From Prevotellaceae bacterium UBA1743 (GTDB lineage Bacteria > Bacteroidota > Bacteroidia > Bacteroidales > Bacteroidaceae), in NCBI GenBank assembly GCA_002314945.1, contig DCHV01000072.1:991-64990 (forward strand): DNA of 64,000 nt, read 5' to 3'. Below are positions 59,337 to 64,000 of the stretch, in pieces. The notes under the pieces are model-generated. The model was not told where the DNA came from, searched no databases, and saw only the letters and a list, made by a program, of their open reading frames with translations. The position numbers and the translations under genes are program-made. Within the stretch, counting starts at the first letter, position 1; each line of letters opens with the position of its first letter.

Positions 59337-60851
59337 ATGAAAAGAATCATCCCTATGTTGGCACTTTTGATGACAGCCAACGTCACGACACAGGCAAAGG
59401 TGACTTTGCCAAGTATCTTCACCAACAACATGGTGTTGCAACAACAGCGAACACTGAAAATCAAAGGTAAGGCCACACCCAATAGCGAAGTGAGTCTGCA
59501 GACAGGTTGGAGTCGTGCAGCAGTCAGTGCAAAGGCAGACACAGACGGCCAATGGACAATGGAAGTGAAGACACCCAAAGCAGGAGGTCCCTACACCCTC
59601 TCCTTCAACGATGGAGAAGAAACCAAACTCGAGAATGTCCTCATTGGTGAGGTTTGGTTAGGTAGCGGACAGAGCAACATGGAGATGCCGGTAGCAGGCT
59701 GGGGTAAGGTACTCAACTACGAGGAGGAAATCAAGAAGGCCAACTACCCCCAGATACGACTCTTCCAGGTGAAGAAAATTGCCGACATCAAGAAGCACGA
59801 TTGCTTCAACCTCGCCTACAACATGGGTGGATGGCAAGAATGTAATCCTCAGACTGTACCTGAGTTCAGCGCTCTGTGCTACTTCTTCGCCTGCCGTCTG
59901 TGGGAGGAACTGAAAGTGCCAGTTGGCGTGATCGATGATGACTGGGGTGGTACTCCTGTCGAATCCTGGACACGTAGCGAAGTGCTCGAGGGCGTGTTCG
60001 GTATGCAGGATCGCATGAAGCCCTATATGGAGAAGAACTACGACCGCGAGACATTCAAGAAAATTTATGAGCAGAAGATGGCTTTGGCTGAATTGGGCGG
60101 TTGTGAGAAACCATGGCGTGGTGAAAGTCCTGATGACCCCTATTGTCCTGCCGCACTGTGGAATGCCATGATGAATCCATTGGTGGATTTCCCTCTCAAA
60201 GGCTTCATCTGGTATCAGGGATGCTGCAACGTAGGAAATAGTCCTATGTACGAAGCCTGCTTCCAAGCTATGATAGAGGATTGGCGCGAGCAGTTCCAGG
60301 ATCCTGAGATGCCTTTCTATTTCGTACAGTTGGCCAATTTCTTGCAACCCAACGAACTGCAACCAGAATCGGAATGGGCAAAGTTGCGCGAGGCACAGGC
60401 CAAGGCTCTCTGTCTGAAGAACACGGGTATGGCTGTCAATATCGACTTGGGAGATGCCCAGGATATTCATCCCAAAACAAAGCGCGAACTGGGACGTCGT
60501 CTCTCGGCTATCGCGCTCAACCAGACCTACGGGCTCAAGAAGGTTGCTTACACCGCACCTGTTTACAAGGGCTATACTGTCAAGGGTAACGAGATTCATA
60601 TCCAGTTTGACGTGCCTCAGGGTGGAGAGAATCTGGTACAAGATGAGAACCTCCCTGGTTTCATCATGGCAGGTTACGACCGTCAGTGGCATGTGGCAAA
60701 GGCTTGCACCAAGGGCAACGAGGTCATCGTTACCTGTCCTGATGTGAAGAATCCTTTGGCCGTTCGCTACGGATGGGCAGACAATCCCACTTGCACGCTC
60801 AAGACCCAGAGTGATTTGCATGTAGCTCCATTCCGCACCGACGACTGGTAA
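59337..60851 (+). CDS. Sialate O-acetylesterase-like (SASA/DUF303) carbohydrate esterase, copy 2
   Basis: Same motifs as 36254..37819 (LPSIFTNNMVLQQQRTLKIKGKATP, GEVWLGSGQSNM, GFIWYQGC) and colinear with it throughout. Confidence 0.8.
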   Translation: MKRIIPMLALLMTANVTTQAKVTLPSIFTNNMVLQQQRTLKIKGKATPNSEVSLQTGWSRAAVSAKADTDGQWTMEVKTPKAGGPYTLSFNDGEETKLENVLIGEVWLGSGQSNMEMPVAGWGKVLNYEEEIKKANYPQIRLFQVKKIADIKKHDCFNLAYNMGGWQECNPQTVPEFSALCYFFACRLWEELKVPVGVIDDDWGGTPVESWTRSEVLEGVFGMQDRMKPYMEKNYDRETFKKIYEQKMALAELGGCEKPWRGESPDDPYCPAALWNAMMNPLVDFPLKGFIWYQGCCNVGNSPMYEACFQAMIEDWREQFQDPEMPFYFVQLANFLQPNELQPESEWAKLREAQAKALCLKNTGMAVNIDLGDAQDIHPKTKRELGRRLSAIALNQTYGLKKVAYTAPVYKGYTVKGNEIHIQFDVPQGGENLVQDENLPGFIMAGYDRQWHVAKACTKGNEVIVTCPDVKNPLAVRYGWADNPTCTLKTQSDLHVAPFRTDDW

Positions 60852-60855
60852 TTAG

Positions 60856-63800
60856 ATGCATTTCGCCGAACTGCAGGAAGTTCTGCAGCATCCGTCCCTG
60901 AACATACGCGAGAGGTACACTGAGTTGTACCGTATCTTGCAGACACTACTCACAGAAGGCACCGCTGATTGCAAAACGGATTTCAGCGGGCCTTTTGCGC
61001 GTCTTACGTGGCTGGCCAATCATCTGGAACTCGATACAAAAAAACGACAGCGACTCAATGAAGTGCGTGTACGATGCAGGGAAGTGATGACCTGTCCCGA
61101 GGAAGAACTCCTTGCCGCTCTGCCATACGATGTACGGATAGCGGCACAACTTGATGCCATCCTGCACCACGAAGCCATCCCCGAAAGCCTTGCCTCGCTC
61201 TTTCCCTCAGGAGAAGCGCGTCCGCATACATCCAGTATGCATCACGATTGCTTGCGCGTATGCGTGCTATCCTGGGACGATACCTTCATTCATGCACTCG
61301 ACGAAGCACAGGAACCACTCACTTTGTGTTACACCGACCCCGAGAACAATCTCGGAGATTGGTCGTATCTGAGTAAGCTCCTTCGCCAAGGTACTCGTCT
61401 CAACCTGGTTCGCCCAACATGGAAAGAACAAATGGTGTATGCCGAACTGATTATTTTCGAGCCTGATTATCTCGTAGATATCTCCACTATCGCCAGTTGC
61501 TTCGAGACATATGGCACAACGCCATACGCCCTCCTCATTCATCGTCTCTCCGATACAGGAAGCACTCTTCCTATTCTCCTTGGTAATTTGGCAGGAAGAT
61601 TGCTCGACGAAGTAGTGAACAAACACGGAAAAACACCTACCCCCTACCCCAATCTCGCACGCGATTTCATGCGACAGAATGCTTTCAGCCTCCTGGCATG
61701 TGCGCAGGATATCAGTTCCTTGCATCACGAAGCAGAGCAACAATTGCAGAACCTGACCGAGCTGCTGGACACGGCCTGTCGCGAGGATAGGAATTTCGAG
61801 ATTTCCCATACCCTGCTCGAACCATCCTTCTTCTGCGAACTTCTCGGTTTGCAAGGACGAATGGACCTTCTTCAGGATGATTTCTCCGTGCTGATGGAAC
61901 AGAAATCAGGGAAAAGGGATTTCCGTACTGGCAAACACGTGGAGAAGCACTATGTGCAGATGCTTCTCTATCAAGCACTCATTCATTACAGTTTTCATCT
62001 GCGCAACGACGAAATATCCAGTTACCTCCTCTATTCGAAATACGCAGACGGACTCATCAAGGAAGGCTCTGCACCCCGACTCCTGCATCAGGCGTTCTTC
62101 ATCCGAAATCAGTTGACATGGCTCGAGTTCGAGCTTTCCAAGGGAGCCTCCCAGATGCTCAATATCCTTACTCCAGAGCGTATGGCAGACGCTTCCTGTA
62201 CCCATAACAATCTGTGGCTCCGATACACGCGACCCGCATTGGCAGGAATCCTCGATCCCCTGCAACAGGCCTCCCCTGTCGCACGTGCTTACTTCCATCG
62301 CATGACCACCTTCATTGCACGCGAACATCTGCTCTGCAAGATAGGCACTCCTGGAAGAGAAGGGAGTGGAATGGCTGCACTATGGAATAGCAACCTCGAT
62401 GAAAAGCGCACGGCAGGCAATATCTTCACCTCCCTCCATATCCTCCCTCTCGAAGAGGAAGAATATCAGGAACTGTCCTTCCTGATTCCCGAGGAAGAAA
62501 ATGACACCCTGCCCAATTTCCGTGTTGGCGATGCCGTGGTGGCATATTCCTACGACATCCGAAAAGAGCCCGATGTACGTTCCGGCGTCGTATTCCGAGG
62601 CAGCATCCGTTCGATGCATTCTGATCGTATCACCATTCACCTGCGCAATCCTCAGCACAATCAGTTCGTATTCCTTCCTCAGGAAAACCGTCGCTGGGCC
62701 ATCGAACACGATACCATCGAATCTTCTTTTGCCGTCCTGTATCGCTCCATCTTTTCGCTCCTCACAACCCTACCCTCGCGACGCGAACTACTCCTTGCAC
62801 AACGCAAACCTGAACGTGACATCACACGTCTTCTTCTCGGTGAATATCACAATTTCAATCCTCTGGTGATGAATGCGTTGCAGGCAAAGGACTATTTCAT
62901 CCTTATTGGCCCTCCCGGAACTGGAAAAACCTCGTTTGGCCTGATGAACATCGTGCAGGAACATCTCCTCCACGACTGTCGCCTACTCTTGCTCTCCTAT
63001 ACCAACAGAGCCGTGGATGAGATGTGCAGCAAACTCGTCGATGCACACCTCGATTTCCTGCGAATCGGCTCCTCTTTCACGTGTCAGGATAGTTACAAAC
63101 CCTTCCTGATGGAGGAGCGAGTCAAAGCCTGCAACACCCTGTCCGAGATAAGCGACATCGTACGCTCTGCACGCGTGGTGGTAGGCACCACCTCCACTCT
63201 CTCTGCCCATCCCGAGATCTTCGACATCCTATCTTTTGATGTGGCTGTCATCGACGAAGCGTCCCAGATTCTCGAACCGCACTTACTCGGCATTCTCTGT
63301 GCTCGTCACGGCAAGAATCCAGCCGTAGGAAAATTCATTCTCATAGGCGACCACAAGCAGTTGCCAGCTGTTGTTCAGCAAGAACCTTCCGAATCGTCAG
63401 TTCGGGAGAAGTTATTGCATGACATAGGCTTGGAGGATTGCCGCGAATCTCTCTTTCAACGCCTTCTCCGTCTTCAGCAGCAAGACTATCCACAGTGCGA
63501 TTCCCCCTTTGTGTATCGCTTCACGCATCAAGGCCGTATGCACCCCGAAGTGGCCGATTTTGCACGGCTGACATTCTACGAAGGGATGCTCGATCCTGTT
63601 CCCCTACCCCATCAATGCGGACCCTTGACCTTCCCGCTTGTCGAGGAAGACAATCAATTGCAGCATCTGCTTGCCACGCACCGCGTCCTGTTCTTCCCTG
63701 TTGAAAAACCTCTGCATAGCACTTCTCCGAAGATGAATCCCGAGGAAGCGAAATGTATTGCACAGGTTGTCTTCCAACTCTACCAATTGTACCACCTCAA

Positions 63801-64000
63801 CCATCGTGAGTTCACGCCTCTGCATACAGTGGGCATCATTGTCCCCTACCGTCATCAGATAGCACTGATACGCCGTGAGTTGGCCTCCTACGGCATCACG
63901 GATTTCCAAGACATCACGATAGATACAGTCGAGCGATATCAGGGGAGTCAGCGTGACGTCATCCTCTATGGCTTCACCATACAGTTTCCCTATCAAATGG
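60856..64000 (+). CDS. PD-(D/E)XK nuclease / SF1B (Dna2/Upf1-like) helicase fusion protein, 3' end outside the window
   Basis: Absent from the supplied track because there is no stop before the window edge. My translation from the ATG at 60856 is open for 1048 codons. RecB/Cas4-like nuclease motifs: GRMDLL...LMEQKSGK...HYVQMLLY. Helicase motifs: LIGPPGTGKTS, VIDEASQILEP, LIGDHKQLPAVV, HQGRMHPEVADF, VERYQGSQRDVIL. Confidence 0.85.
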   Translation, partial: MHFAELQEVLQHPSLNIRERYTELYRILQTLLTEGTADCKTDFSGPFARLTWLANHLELDTKKRQRLNEVRVRCREVMTCPEEELLAALPYDVRIAAQLDAILHHEAIPESLASLFPSGEARPHTSSMHHDCLRVCVLSWDDTFIHALDEAQEPLTLCYTDPENNLGDWSYLSKLLRQGTRLNLVRPTWKEQMVYAELIIFEPDYLVDISTIASCFETYGTTPYALLIHRLSDTGSTLPILLGNLAGRLLDEVVNKHGKTPTPYPNLARDFMRQNAFSLLACAQDISSLHHEAEQQLQNLTELLDTACREDRNFEISHTLLEPSFFCELLGLQGRMDLLQDDFSVLMEQKSGKRDFRTGKHVEKHYVQMLLYQALIHYSFHLRNDEISSYLLYSKYADGLIKEGSAPRLLHQAFFIRNQLTWLEFELSKGASQMLNILTPERMADASCTHNNLWLRYTRPALAGILDPLQQASPVARAYFHRMTTFIAREHLLCKIGTPGREGSGMAALWNSNLDEKRTAGNIFTSLHILPLEEEEYQELSFLIPEEENDTLPNFRVGDAVVAYSYDIRKEPDVRSGVVFRGSIRSMHSDRITIHLRNPQHNQFVFLPQENRRWAIEHDTIESSFAVLYRSIFSLLTTLPSRRELLLAQRKPERDITRLLLGEYHNFNPLVMNALQAKDYFILIGPPGTGKTSFGLMNIVQEHLLHDCRLLLLSYTNRAVDEMCSKLVDAHLDFLRIGSSFTCQDSYKPFLMEERVKACNTLSEISDIVRSARVVVGTTSTLSAHPEIFDILSFDVAVIDEASQILEPHLLGILCARHGKNPAVGKFILIGDHKQLPAVVQQEPSESSVREKLLHDIGLEDCRESLFQRLLRLQQQDYPQCDSPFVYRFTHQGRMHPEVADFARLTFYEGMLDPVPLPHQCGPLTFPLVEEDNQLQHLLATHRVLFFPVEKPLHSTSPKMNPEEAKCIAQVVFQLYQLYHLNHREFTPLHTVGIIVPYRHQIALIRRELASYGITDFQDITIDTVERYQGSQRDVILYGFTIQFPYQM

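Noticed and set aside
59658-60821. 387 aa minus-strand ORF covering most of the second SASA esterase gene
   Set aside because: The plus-strand frame carries the clear SASA motifs and has a promoter box. The antisense translation has no recognisable features. The same logic applies to 54133..54915 (-), 25335..26105 (+), 28344..28949 (+), 16213..16749 (-) and 46448..47050 (+).
1-64000. tRNA, rRNA, tmRNA, RNase P, integrase, transposase, prophage or known defence-system genes
   Set aside because: I looked for conserved cores (T-loop GGTTCGA, RNase P and tmRNA ends) and for the protein motifs, and found none. A tool-based scan (tRNAscan-SE, cmscan, DefenseFinder) is still needed to be certain.

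Overview
This looks like a Bacteroidota chromosomal segment. I infer that from TAnnTTTG -7 promoter boxes upstream of most transcription units, one T9SS-type C-terminal sorting domain, and the FucP, TonB-receptor and glycan-esterase gene content. 'Prevotella-like' is only a guess. I count about 46 densely packed protein genes. I saw no rRNA, tRNA, tmRNA, CRISPR array, integrase, transposase or recognisable defence-system gene.

Layout:
- 1-11.1 kb: two giant surface-protein genes. The first is cut by the left edge.
- 11.2-14.2 kb: two accessory-type ATPase genes. The second is a pseudogene.
- 14.2-15.5 kb: a 1.28 kb ORF-free stretch with stem-loops, a 175 bp palindrome and three arrays of 11 bp repeats.
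- 15.5-18.2 kb: an HD hydrolase gene and a TonB-dependent receptor gene.
- 18.2-29.3 kb, minus strand: an apparent 8-gene operon, fucI / FucP-type permease / TAT-signal Gfo-Idh-MocA oxidoreductase / COG0523 metallochaperone / glycyl-radical enzyme / activase / second permease / EEP phosphoesterase.
- 29.5-42.2 kb, plus strand: glycan hydrolase and esterase genes interleaved with rmuC, mtaB, a GT2 gene and dnaG.
- 42.2-51.0 kb, minus strand: housekeeping genes (folE, SPOR, tpiA, DoxX-like, DUF1599, M23/LysM, ndk, recG, ispD, DJ-1).
- 51.0-60.9 kb: nadK, an ABC exporter, a GH78-like gene, a porin, an SDR, an RQC-like protein, GDPD and a second SASA esterase.
- 60,856 to the right edge: a long ORF missing from the supplied track because it has no stop in the window. 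It encodes a PD-(D/E)XK nuclease fused to an SF1B helicase.

The most interesting items are the atypical glycyl-radical-enzyme operon, the ORF-free structured and repeat-rich region at 14.2-15.5 kb, and a promoter-plus-terminator-defined small RNA candidate at about 53.7 kb. None can be proven from sequence alone. Functional calls rest on motif recognition by eye, not on database searches.
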